DNA of 64,000 bases from Sinomonas sp. GTDB taxonomy: Bacteria; Actinomycetota; Actinomycetes; Actinomycetales; Micrococcaceae. Position 1 is the stretch's first letter; the number at the start of each line of letters is the position of its first letter. The stretch spans positions 30 through 64,029 of the forward strand of contig NZ_DAIUJO010000003.1 of the NCBI RefSeq assembly GCF_036848755.1, given 5' to 3'. This document shows, in pieces, positions 35,053 through 43,030 of this stretch. The notes beneath the pieces are model-generated. The model had not been told where the DNA came from. It did not search any database and was given only the letters and a program-made list of their open reading frames with translations. The position numbers were made by a program, and so were the translations under genes.

Positions 35053-35901
35053 ATGGATGAAAGGCCTCCAGTGTCTTCATGGCGCGACCTCGGCGGCGAG
35101 ACGTACTCGCTGAGCCTCGAGCCGCTTCGACTCAACATCGGCCTCGTCATCGGGACCGAGCGGGCCCTCGTGGTGGACACGGGGGAGGGGCCGCGGCAAG
35201 CACGGCTGATTTTCGAGGCGGTGCGCGAGAAGACCGGGCTGCCGCTCGTCGTCGTCAATACGCATGCCCACTACGACCACTACTTCGGCAACGCCGTGTT
35301 CGCGGCCGCGGGGGTCACGGAGTTCTGGGCGCACGAGAACGCGGCGCTCACTATGGCGACCCGCGGCGAGGAGGCCCGGGCCGAAATCGCGAGGGCCGAA
35401 GTAGCTGGCCGAGAGCCGGAGATGGCGGAGGGGAACGCCGATCACACGGAAATCGTCGTGCCCCAGGCGATCGTGCACGATCAGCCCGTGCTCGTGGACC
35501 TCGGCGGCCAGTCGGTCACGCTCTTCTACCTCGGGCGCGGCCACACCGATGGCGACCTTCTCGTTGGGACCTCCACGACGCTCTTCACCGGGGACCTCGT
35601 CGAAGAGGGCTCCTATCCCGAGTTCGGCGACGCCTACCCCGAGGAGTGGGCTGACGTGCTGCGGCACATCTCGGCGCTGCGCCACCGCTACGAGCACCTC
35701 GTTCCGGGCCACGGGGGGCTCTGCACGGACGTTGCCGTGCGCACGATGGCCGAGACGATGGCCACCGCCGTTCGCTCGGCGCGGCAGGCCACACGCGAAT
35801 CGCCCAACGACGCGACCAAGGCCATCCCGATCCTCCCGTACGGCCCCGAGCAGTCCAGACTGTTCATCAGCCGCCTCAGGGCGGCCAGCAGCCTGCACTA
35901 G
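35053..35901 (+). CDS. MBL-fold metallo-hydrolase
   Basis: It has the motif 'VVNTHAHYDHYFGN'. I chose ATG 35053 (MDERPP). Confidence 0.8.
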   Translation: MDERPPVSSWRDLGGETYSLSLEPLRLNIGLVIGTERALVVDTGEGPRQARLIFEAVREKTGLPLVVVNTHAHYDHYFGNAVFAAAGVTEFWAHENAALTMATRGEEARAEIARAEVAGREPEMAEGNADHTEIVVPQAIVHDQPVLVDLGGQSVTLFYLGRGHTDGDLLVGTSTTLFTGDLVEEGSYPEFGDAYPEEWADVLRHISALRHRYEHLVPGHGGLCTDVAVRTMAETMATAVRSARQATRESPNDATKAIPILPYGPEQSRLFISRLRAASSLH

Positions 35902-35934
35902 AGTGGCCTGCGGGGCAGGTACGAAAGGGGCGGG

Positions 35935-37284
35935 ATGGTCGACGACGGAACACAGCAGCGCACAGGCGACGGCGGTGCTTCCGCCACCTCAGCGCCGCCC
36001 GTGCCCCTGACGCGACGAGAGCTGCGCCGCCTGCGCGAAGCCGAGGAGGCCGCGCGGACGGAGCAGGCTCCTCCGGAACCGCTGCTTGCCCGGACAGGAG
36101 CGCCCGTGGCCGAGTCTGCGCCGTTCGAGCCTGCGCCGTTCGAGCCTGTGCCGTTCGAGCCTGCGCCGCTCGAGCCTGTGCCGTTTGAGCCTGTGCCGTT
36201 CGAGCCTGCGCCGGTGGAGCGAGGGCAGGTTGAGCCTGAGCCTGAGCCTGAGCCTGCGCCCGTCGAGCCCGGGCCGGCTGAGCCTGCGCCCGTCGGGCCT
36301 GCGCCCCTTGAGCCCGCGCAGGCTGAGTCTGACTCCCTGCCCACGGCCTCCTCCCTGGCCCCGACCGAGCAGCCAGCAGGGTTCATCAAGCCCTCCCAGG
36401 CTGCCCCGCCGCGCGGGGGCTTCCGTGGTTGGCTATACCGGCTCACCGGCGGCACGCTCAACCTCGGTCCGTCGCCCGCCGAGCGCGAGGATGCACAGCT
36501 CAACCGCCGCATCCGCCGTCGCCTTGACGGCAGTCGCAACACCGCGCTGCTCTCGATGAAAGGCGGCGTCGGCAAGACCTCGACGACGGTCGGCGTCGGC
36601 CTCACGCTGGCGAGCATCCGCTCGGGCAGCGTGTGCGCGATCGACGCGAATCCAGACGCCGGCGACCTCATAGAGCGTGCCCTCGGCGAGGGTGCCTACG
36701 AGTCGGAGCGCCAGCTCACGATCACGAGGCTCCTCCGCGAGCTCGGCGACAACGATTCACGCGTCGCGCTCGACGCCTATCTGCACGAGGTGCGGAGCCT
36801 GCGCCTGCTGGCAGGCGAGCAGGACCCCGACCTCTCCGACTCCCTCCGGGCCGAGGACTACGAACGGGTCTACTCGCTTGTGTCGCGCCACTACGGCGTG
36901 ACGCTCACGGATTGCGGCACAGGCGTGAGCCGGCCTGCCATGCGCGGGATCCTCGAACACGCAGACAACATCGTCGTTGCCGCCGGCTTCGCAGTGAGCG
37001 GGGCCAAGCGGGCGCGGGACACCCTCCTCTGGCTCTCCGCCCATGGCTTCGACCATCTGGCGAAGGAGGCGATCGTCGTCGTGACCGACAAGGACGATGT
37101 CTCGGCCCGCGTCGACAAGGCTGCCATCGAGGCCGCGCTGGCCGGGATGTGCCGCATGCTCATCAGCGTCCCCCACGACAAGGCCGTGGCCGACGGCGAC
37201 CTCGTGTCCCTCGAGGCCGTTCGCCCCGAGACGCGGCGGGCCTACAAGGAGATCGCCGCCGCAATCGTCGACGGCTACCGCTGA
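35935..37284 (+). CDS. MinD/ParA-family P-loop ATPase with a long Pro/Glu-rich repeat N-terminal region
   Basis: It has the deviant Walker A 'LLSMKGGVGKTSTTVGVGL'. The N-terminus is 'RRELRRLREAEE' followed by (PFEPA)x7 and PEPEPEPE. Confidence 0.8.
   Translation: MVDDGTQQRTGDGGASATSAPPVPLTRRELRRLREAEEAARTEQAPPEPLLARTGAPVAESAPFEPAPFEPVPFEPAPLEPVPFEPVPFEPAPVERGQVEPEPEPEPAPVEPGPAEPAPVGPAPLEPAQAESDSLPTASSLAPTEQPAGFIKPSQAAPPRGGFRGWLYRLTGGTLNLGPSPAEREDAQLNRRIRRRLDGSRNTALLSMKGGVGKTSTTVGVGLTLASIRSGSVCAIDANPDAGDLIERALGEGAYESERQLTITRLLRELGDNDSRVALDAYLHEVRSLRLLAGEQDPDLSDSLRAEDYERVYSLVSRHYGVTLTDCGTGVSRPAMRGILEHADNIVVAAGFAVSGAKRARDTLLWLSAHGFDHLAKEAIVVVTDKDDVSARVDKAAIEAALAGMCRMLISVPHDKAVADGDLVSLEAVRPETRRAYKEIAAAIVDGYR
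36118..36255 (+). repeat. In-frame tandem repeats inside the ParA-like CDS: 15-bp unit GCGCCGTTCGAGCCT x about 7, then GAGCCT x4
   Basis: The repeats were read directly. Confidence 0.9.
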
Positions 37285-37327
37285 CGCCCCACCCGGCTCG
37301 AAAAGGGTCGTCCGCTCAGACACGGAA

Positions 37328-37359
37328 CAGCACGGCTGCCCCCAATAGCAGCCGTGTTG
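37328..37359 (+). terminator. Hairpin (CACGGCTGC-n8-GCAGCCGTG) downstream of the ParA-like gene
   Basis: It has a 9-bp perfect stem with extensions, 44 bp after the stop. Confidence 0.55.
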
Positions 37360-37459
37360 CTCCGGTGGTGATCCGATCGATGATCCGATCAAGGTTTTAT
37401 CCAATGACTGGATATGAGAAGGCTAGCGGCCCAATCGGCCATGTGCAACGGGTGTTTGA

Positions 37460-37543
37460 GAACTGCGCCTGATTGTTTTAGGACTGGGCCTGATTGTTTT
37501 AGGACTGCGTCCGATTGTCTCAGGACTGGGGCCGATTGCGTGG
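37460..37543. repeat. Four tandem 21-bp direct repeats (GRACTGNGNCYGATTGYNTNR), iteron-like
   Basis: The units are 37460-80, 37481-501, 37502-22 and 37523-43. The last unit encodes the PAP2 C-terminus. The next three each carry an in-frame stop (TGA, TAA, TAA) in the PAP2 frame. Confidence 0.85.
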
Positions 37544-38443
37544 CACCGCTACCGCGAACAGCCACGTTGCCGCAATGCCGAGGAGGTACCCGCTGATCAC
37601 GATGAGCGAGAGTCCCGCCCAGAAGTAGTGCGTTGTACTGACGACGCCGGAGCCCGGAGCGATGCGGACAAGCATCACGACACCGAGTGCCGTCGCGGCG
37701 AGCCCCATCAGCAGGGGCACCGTGAGCCATACCCGCGACGATGCCCACGTGCTGCCGAATCCGTCCCAGGTGTTCCACCGTCCACCGGTCCTCAGCACGA
37801 GCCAGCCCGCCGGGGCCATGCACGCCCCGACGACGAGGAACGCAGCGACGACGTCCGCTGGACGATGCCACTGGTTGACGAGGGTTGCGCCCCCCGCTGC
37901 GACGGCGAACGTCGTGCCGGCGAAGGCGACGAAGGGTCGCTTGGCAGGTGAGCATACGAGGAAGACGGCAGCCGCGGCGGAGGCCGCCGCCGTCGTGTGG
38001 CCAGAGGGAAGCGAATTCTCCATGATCGTCTGGATGCCACGGAACGGGCGCGTGAAGACGTACGCCTTGAGCACGTGAGTCAGGACGTTCGCGGCTCCCG
38101 CCCCGGCCAACGCGATGAGCGCGCCCTGCCACCGCCGCTTGACGATCGCCGCGTAGAGCAGGCCGCCCAACCCGACGACGACGGCGAGGGTCGGCAGGGC
38201 GTCGAGAAAGCCGAGGGCCGCCTTGGTCGCCTTGCCGTACACGGCGACGGCTTCGTCGAGGGCGGATTCGTCGATGTACTGGCCCGTAGTCGTCCGCACG
38301 AAGAACCAGTAGGTTCCCACGACGCCCATCACCGAGGCAATGGTCGCCACGAGGAAGAGCCCCGGGCCTGCGACGACCTCGCGGCATGGAGCCGTGAGCC
38401 GTGCGGAAGCGGGCGTGCCGGCGTTCTCGCGGGTGGAAACCAT
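37520..38443 (-). CDS. PAP2-family membrane phosphatase
   Basis: It has the PAP2 motifs 'KAYVFTRP', 'LPSGHT' and 'WHRPADV', and multiple TM segments. Confidence 0.82.
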   Translation of the reverse strand: MVSTRENAGTPASARLTAPCREVVAGPGLFLVATIASVMGVVGTYWFFVRTTTGQYIDESALDEAVAVYGKATKAALGFLDALPTLAVVVGLGGLLYAAIVKRRWQGALIALAGAGAANVLTHVLKAYVFTRPFRGIQTIMENSLPSGHTTAAASAAAAVFLVCSPAKRPFVAFAGTTFAVAAGGATLVNQWHRPADVVAAFLVVGACMAPAGWLVLRTGGRWNTWDGFGSTWASSRVWLTVPLLMGLAATALGVVMLVRIAPGSGVVSTTHYFWAGLSLIVISGYLLGIAATWLFAVAVPRNRPQS

Positions 38444-38525
38444 GCCACCTAGCCTCGCACACGCCCCTGTGGACGGCCTGATGCCCGCTCGGCCCCGAGC
38501 TCTCAGGCAGCTCGGATAGGGTCGA

Positions 38526-39245
38526 GTGGTGGTTCAGGAATGGTGGACGGACTTCGTCGACGGCTTCACGCGCACCGCGCCGCTCACGGTGCCCGGCTAC
38601 GAGCTCGTGTGGCTGCTCGTCGGGGCGGCCGCGCTGTGCGTCGTGCCCGTGCTCTGGAGGTTCTTCGGTCGCTTCGTGACGATCGTGCACGAGCTCGGAC
38701 ACGCCTTTGCCGGTCTCGCCACGGGCATGCGCGTCACCGGGATCACCCTCCGCATGGACCAGGGCGGGACGACGCAGGGAATGGGGCGGGGCCGGGCCGT
38801 GTGGTTCGGATTCTGGGGCTACCCCGCACCCGCAGTCGTCGGCGCCGCCCTGGTGTGGGCCTCGTCGCAGGGCTGGGGGAGGGCGGCGCTCTCGGCCGCC
38901 CTCGTCGTGCTCGTGCTCACGTTCCTCTTCATCCGCAACGTGCAGGGCGCGCTCATCCTGCTCGGGGCCATCGTCGTCGTCGGGGCGCTCGTCGTCGCCG
39001 TCCCGCCGGACCTCCAGGGCCAGCTCGCGCTCGGGGCCGGCGTCGCCCTCGTGCTGGGGGCCGTGCGCGACTGGTGGAACCTCGTCTCGGTCCACACGAG
39101 CCGGCGCCGCGAGCTCGCAAGCTCGGACGCGTTCATCCTCTCGCGGAAGACGGGGGTTCCCGCCGCGGTCTGGCTGCTCTCCTTCGCCGTCGTCATCGGC
39201 TTGAGCGGCGCGGCGGCCTGGCTTGTGCTGAGGGTGGCGGCATGA
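38526..39245 (+). CDS. M50B-like membrane metallopeptidase
   Basis: It contains 'IVHELGHAFAGLATGMRVTGITL' (HExxH) and is a polytopic membrane protein. Confidence 0.75.
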   Translation: MVVQEWWTDFVDGFTRTAPLTVPGYELVWLLVGAAALCVVPVLWRFFGRFVTIVHELGHAFAGLATGMRVTGITLRMDQGGTTQGMGRGRAVWFGFWGYPAPAVVGAALVWASSQGWGRAALSAALVVLVLTFLFIRNVQGALILLGAIVVVGALVVAVPPDLQGQLALGAGVALVLGAVRDWWNLVSVHTSRRRELASSDAFILSRKTGVPAAVWLLSFAVVIGLSGAAAWLVLRVAA

Positions 39246-40261
39246 CGGCCGCCCGCTCTCCGCTGCCGCCGCTCGGCGAGCTCGAGGCGACCGCCGCCGT
39301 CGTCCGTCTTCCGCTGACCGTCAAGTTCCGCGGCGTCCTCGAGCGGGAGGCCCTCCTGCTCCGCGGCCCCGCAGGCTGGGGGGAGTTCTCCCCGTTCCTC
39401 GAGTACGACGACGTCGAATCCTCCCGCTGGCTCGCCTCGGCCATCGAGGCGGCCTGGGAAGGCTTCCCCGAGCCTCTCCGGGACACCGTGCCGGTCAACG
39501 CGACGGTGCCCGCTGTCGGTGCCGAACGCGTTCCCGAGATCCTCGCCAAGTACGGCGCGGTGCAGGCGGTCAAGGTCAAGGTCGCCGAACGCGGGCAGTC
39601 CCTCGAGGACGACGTCGCCCGCGTCGCAGCGGTCCGGGAGGCACTGCCCGATGCCGCCGTGCGGGTTGACGCGAACGCCGCCTGGACCGTCGACGAGGCC
39701 GTCGAGGCGCTCACGGCCCTCGCCCCGTTCGGGCTCGAATACGCCGAGCAGCCGGCAGCCGGGATCGAGGGACTCGCCGCAGTCCGGTCCCGCCTCGCCG
39801 CGTCCGGCCTCCGGCTCCCGATCGCGGCCGACGAAAGCGTCCGCAAAGTGGAGGACCCGCTCCGCGTGGCCCGTGCCGGTGCCGCGGACCTCATCATCGT
39901 GAAGGTCGCCCCGCTCGGTGGCGTGCGCCGGGCGCTTGAGATCGTGCGCGAGGCCGGTCTGCCCGCCGTCGTGAGCTCGGCGCTCGACACATCGGTGGGC
40001 CTCGCCGCGGGCGTCGCGCTGGCCGCGGCGCTCCCCGGGCTCCCGCACGCGTGCGGCCTCGGCACAGGGGCGCTGTTCGCGCATGACGTCGTGCGCTCGC
40101 CCTTGGTGCCCCGCGACGGCGTCCTGCCAGTCCGCGCGGTGTTCACCGGCGCAGCGACACCTGACCCTGAGCTGCTCAGGGAGCACGCCGCGGCAGCCGA
40201 CCGCCGCGCGTGGTGGCTCGACCGCCTGCGCCGCTGCTACGCGGTGCTGGCCGGAAGCTGA
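39242..40261 (+). CDS. menC: o-Succinylbenzoate synthase (enolase superfamily)
   Basis: It contains 'LPLTVKFRGVLEREALLLRGPAGWGEFSPFLEY', 'VKVKVAE' and 'RVDANAAW'. ATG 39242 overlaps the M50 stop. Confidence 0.85.
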   Translation: MTAARSPLPPLGELEATAAVVRLPLTVKFRGVLEREALLLRGPAGWGEFSPFLEYDDVESSRWLASAIEAAWEGFPEPLRDTVPVNATVPAVGAERVPEILAKYGAVQAVKVKVAERGQSLEDDVARVAAVREALPDAAVRVDANAAWTVDEAVEALTALAPFGLEYAEQPAAGIEGLAAVRSRLAASGLRLPIAADESVRKVEDPLRVARAGAADLIIVKVAPLGGVRRALEIVREAGLPAVVSSALDTSVGLAAGVALAAALPGLPHACGLGTGALFAHDVVRSPLVPRDGVLPVRAVFTGAATPDPELLREHAAAADRRAWWLDRLRRCYAVLAGS

Positions 40262-42954
40262 GCCCGCTGGCAGATGAGGTGCGCCACGAGGGCGGTCCAG
40301 CCCGTCTGATGCGACGCCCCGATCCCTGCGCCCGTGTCTCCGTGGAAGTACTCGCTGAACGTGGGGTGCGCGTCCCAGAGGGGGCCCGACGGGTGATGCC
40401 TGGGGGTGCTGGGGCGGCGCCCGCTTCCGTCTGGCCGGAAGAGCCGCACAAGCCGTTCCTCGAGCTCGTGGGCGACCTCTGAGAGGGGGAGCTTCGCGCC
40501 CGAGCCGCTCGGAAACTCGACCGCGAGCTCGGCTCCGGCGCCCTCAGCGTAGACCGCGAGGGCATCGGCCACGAGGACGTTGACCGGGAACCACACCGGT
40601 CCGCGCCAATTGGAATTGCCGCCGAACAGGCCGGAATCGGACTCGCCAGGGAGATACGTGATGCTCATGGGCTGCCCGGCGACGTCGACGGTGAAGGGCT
40701 CGCGATAGGCCGCCGACAGCGAGCGAAGGCCGTACGGCGAGAGGAACTCGCCCTCGTCGAGGAGCCGGGCTAGCACCCGTTCGAGCCGGTCGTCGTGCAG
40801 GACGGCGAGCGTGAGATGCGTCGGATCCGCGCCCTCCGGGGCGTCGCCGTTGCTCGCCTTCACAAGGGCCCCCGTCTGGTCCGGGCGGTGGCGCTGGAGC
40901 CAATGCAGGTTCTGGGCGAAGTCCGGGAGCAGCTTGACCGCCCACTCGGGCGTCACCGCAACCGCGAGGAGCGGAAGGAGTCCGACCATGCTGCGGATCG
41001 GCAGCCGCTCCTGACGGCCGTCCTCGCCCAACAGGACGTCGTAGAAGAAGCCGTCCTGTTCGTCCCACAGGGAGACCCCGCCGCTTCCGAACGTGTCCAT
41101 TGCCTGGGCGATGGCGAGGAAATGCTCAAGGAATTTGGTGGCGAGGTCGTCCCAGACGCGGTCATCGCGCGCCAGTTCGAGGGCGATGCGCATCATGGTG
41201 AGGCAGTAGAACCCCATCCAGCTTGTCGCGTCCGACTGCTCCAGACGGTGACCGGGCGGCAGGCCCTTCGACCGGTCGAAGGCCCCGATGTTGTCCATGC
41301 CGAGGAACCCGCCCTCGAAGAGATTCGAGCCGTCGGCGTCCTTCCGGTTGACCCACCACGAGAAATTCAGGAGCAGCTTTGCGAACACCCGCGTGAGGAA
41401 GTGCTTGTCCCGCGAGCCGTCGATGCAGTAGACCTGCCAGGCGGCCCATGCGTGGACGGGAGGGTTGACGTCGCCGAAGGCCCACTCGTACGCCGGGAGC
41501 TGCCCGTCGGGGTGCATCGCCCATTCGCGGCACAGCAGGACGAGCTGGTTCTTGGCGAAGTCCGGGTCAACATGGGCGAGCGCCACGCAGTGGAATGCGA
41601 GGTCCCACGAAGCGAACCACGGATATTCCCACTCGTCCGGCATCGAGATGACGTCCGCGAGCGCAAGCTGCCGCCAGCCGCTGTTGCGCCCCCACCCTGA
41701 CTGCCGGTCCGATGGAGGTGCAGGGAACGCCGGGTCGCCCTCAAGCCACTCGCGGACCGAGTAGCGGTAGTGCTGTTTGCCCCACAGGAGTCCAGCGAAG
41801 GCGCGACGGGCCACGAGCGCGTCCTCCGACGACGAGGATCCGCGACCCTCGCCGATGACCGACGCGTAGAACTCGTCCGCCTCGCGCTCGCGGTCCTCGA
41901 GCACGTCGTCGAAGCCGACGCCGAAGGGTTCGAGGGGAAGGCCCTCGCCGGTGAGGCGCAGCCGCACCGTGACGCTCGCTCCCGGGGCCACGGCCGGAAA
42001 ATGCCAGCGGATGCCCGTCTTCGTGCCCTCCTCGGCAGGGTTGAGCAGCGATCGGTCGCCGCGGACTATCGCGGCGTCGATGGCGTTCTTCGGGTGGGGC
42101 GAAGGGTTGGACGGCGCCGCGAAGAGGTCGACGTCGTTGCTTTCGTTGTCGCAGAACAGCACCTCGGGAGCTGAGACGCCGGGAGTGCTGTCGGCCGCCT
42201 CGGCGGCGAGCACATACCTTCCCAGGAATCCATGCGTCGCCTCGACGGCCACCACGCCGCCGGGGGAGAGCTCGGGCGCGCGCAGGCGGCGGATCTGGGG
42301 GCGCCGGCTGTCCCGCCCCCAGGCCCACGTGTTCCGGAACCAGAGCTGCGCAACGAGGTCGAGCGGCGCGGCATCCGGGCCGTGGTTGGTGGCCGTGACG
42401 GTGATGCACATATCGTCCGGCGAGGCCTTCGCATGCACCGTCTCGATGTCGAAGAACCGGTTCTCGGCGAGGATGCCGGTATCCGCGAGCTCGTATTCCG
42501 GCTCCGCCCGGGAGCGCGAGGCGTTGACGCGCACGAGCTCGTCGTAGGGGTACGCGGCCTGCGGGTAGCGGTAGAGCGTCTTCGCCCAGGAATGCGTCGG
42601 TGTCGCGTCGAGGTGCCACCAGTGCTCCTTGACGTCCTCTCCGTGGTTGCCCTGGCCGTTCGTGAGCCCGAAGTAGCGCTCTTTGAGACGGTCGTCCTGC
42701 CCGTTCCACAGCGCGATGCCGAGGTTGAGGAACCCGAAGCGGTCGCAGAGCCCGGCGATGCCGTCCTCGCCCCAGCGGTAGGCGCGCCGGTGGGCGTGGT
42801 CGAACGGGAAGAAGTCCCACGCGTCGCCATCGGCGGAGTAGTCCTCGCGGACCGTCCCCCACTGGCGGCCAGCGAGGTAGGGCCCCCACAGTCGCCAAGG
42901 ATCGGAATCCTCGGGCGACTCGGAAAGGCGGCGGTGTTCGGCGGTGTCCGGCAT
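40237..42954 (-). CDS. GH63-like (alpha/alpha)6-barrel glucosidase (MGH1-like glycoside hydrolase)
   Basis: It is a 905-aa protein containing 'WRLWGPYLAGRQWGTVREDYSADGDAWDFFPFDHAHRRAYRWGEDGIAG', which is typical of this family. The family-level call is from memory. Confidence 0.6.
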   Translation of the reverse strand: MPDTAEHRRLSESPEDSDPWRLWGPYLAGRQWGTVREDYSADGDAWDFFPFDHAHRRAYRWGEDGIAGLCDRFGFLNLGIALWNGQDDRLKERYFGLTNGQGNHGEDVKEHWWHLDATPTHSWAKTLYRYPQAAYPYDELVRVNASRSRAEPEYELADTGILAENRFFDIETVHAKASPDDMCITVTATNHGPDAAPLDLVAQLWFRNTWAWGRDSRRPQIRRLRAPELSPGGVVAVEATHGFLGRYVLAAEAADSTPGVSAPEVLFCDNESNDVDLFAAPSNPSPHPKNAIDAAIVRGDRSLLNPAEEGTKTGIRWHFPAVAPGASVTVRLRLTGEGLPLEPFGVGFDDVLEDREREADEFYASVIGEGRGSSSSEDALVARRAFAGLLWGKQHYRYSVREWLEGDPAFPAPPSDRQSGWGRNSGWRQLALADVISMPDEWEYPWFASWDLAFHCVALAHVDPDFAKNQLVLLCREWAMHPDGQLPAYEWAFGDVNPPVHAWAAWQVYCIDGSRDKHFLTRVFAKLLLNFSWWVNRKDADGSNLFEGGFLGMDNIGAFDRSKGLPPGHRLEQSDATSWMGFYCLTMMRIALELARDDRVWDDLATKFLEHFLAIAQAMDTFGSGGVSLWDEQDGFFYDVLLGEDGRQERLPIRSMVGLLPLLAVAVTPEWAVKLLPDFAQNLHWLQRHRPDQTGALVKASNGDAPEGADPTHLTLAVLHDDRLERVLARLLDEGEFLSPYGLRSLSAAYREPFTVDVAGQPMSITYLPGESDSGLFGGNSNWRGPVWFPVNVLVADALAVYAEGAGAELAVEFPSGSGAKLPLSEVAHELEERLVRLFRPDGSGRRPSTPRHHPSGPLWDAHPTFSEYFHGDTGAGIGASHQTGWTALVAHLICQRAQLPASTA

Positions 42955-43030
42955 GGCGTCAGTCTGCCACGGGCGTCTGACAGTCTTCGGGTGCCGACCC
43001 GAAGCACCGCAGCAAGCCTACGATGGACAT

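Noticed and set aside
37414-37596. A 60-aa plus-strand ORF has Cys-containing heptad repeats (DCFRTGP x4) and could be a RiPP-like precursor.
   Set aside because: Its periodicity is simply the 21-bp DNA repeat read in another frame. It has no Shine-Dalgarno motif, it overlaps the PAP2 3' end antisense, and no maturase genes are nearby. Coding potential is unsupported.
38540-40261. A 573-aa ORF-track entry suggests one long protein spanning the M50-like gene and menC.
   Set aside because: The upstream part is an out-of-frame Arg-rich shadow of the M50-like CDS. The MenC-like sequence begins at ATG 39242, overlapping the M50 stop.
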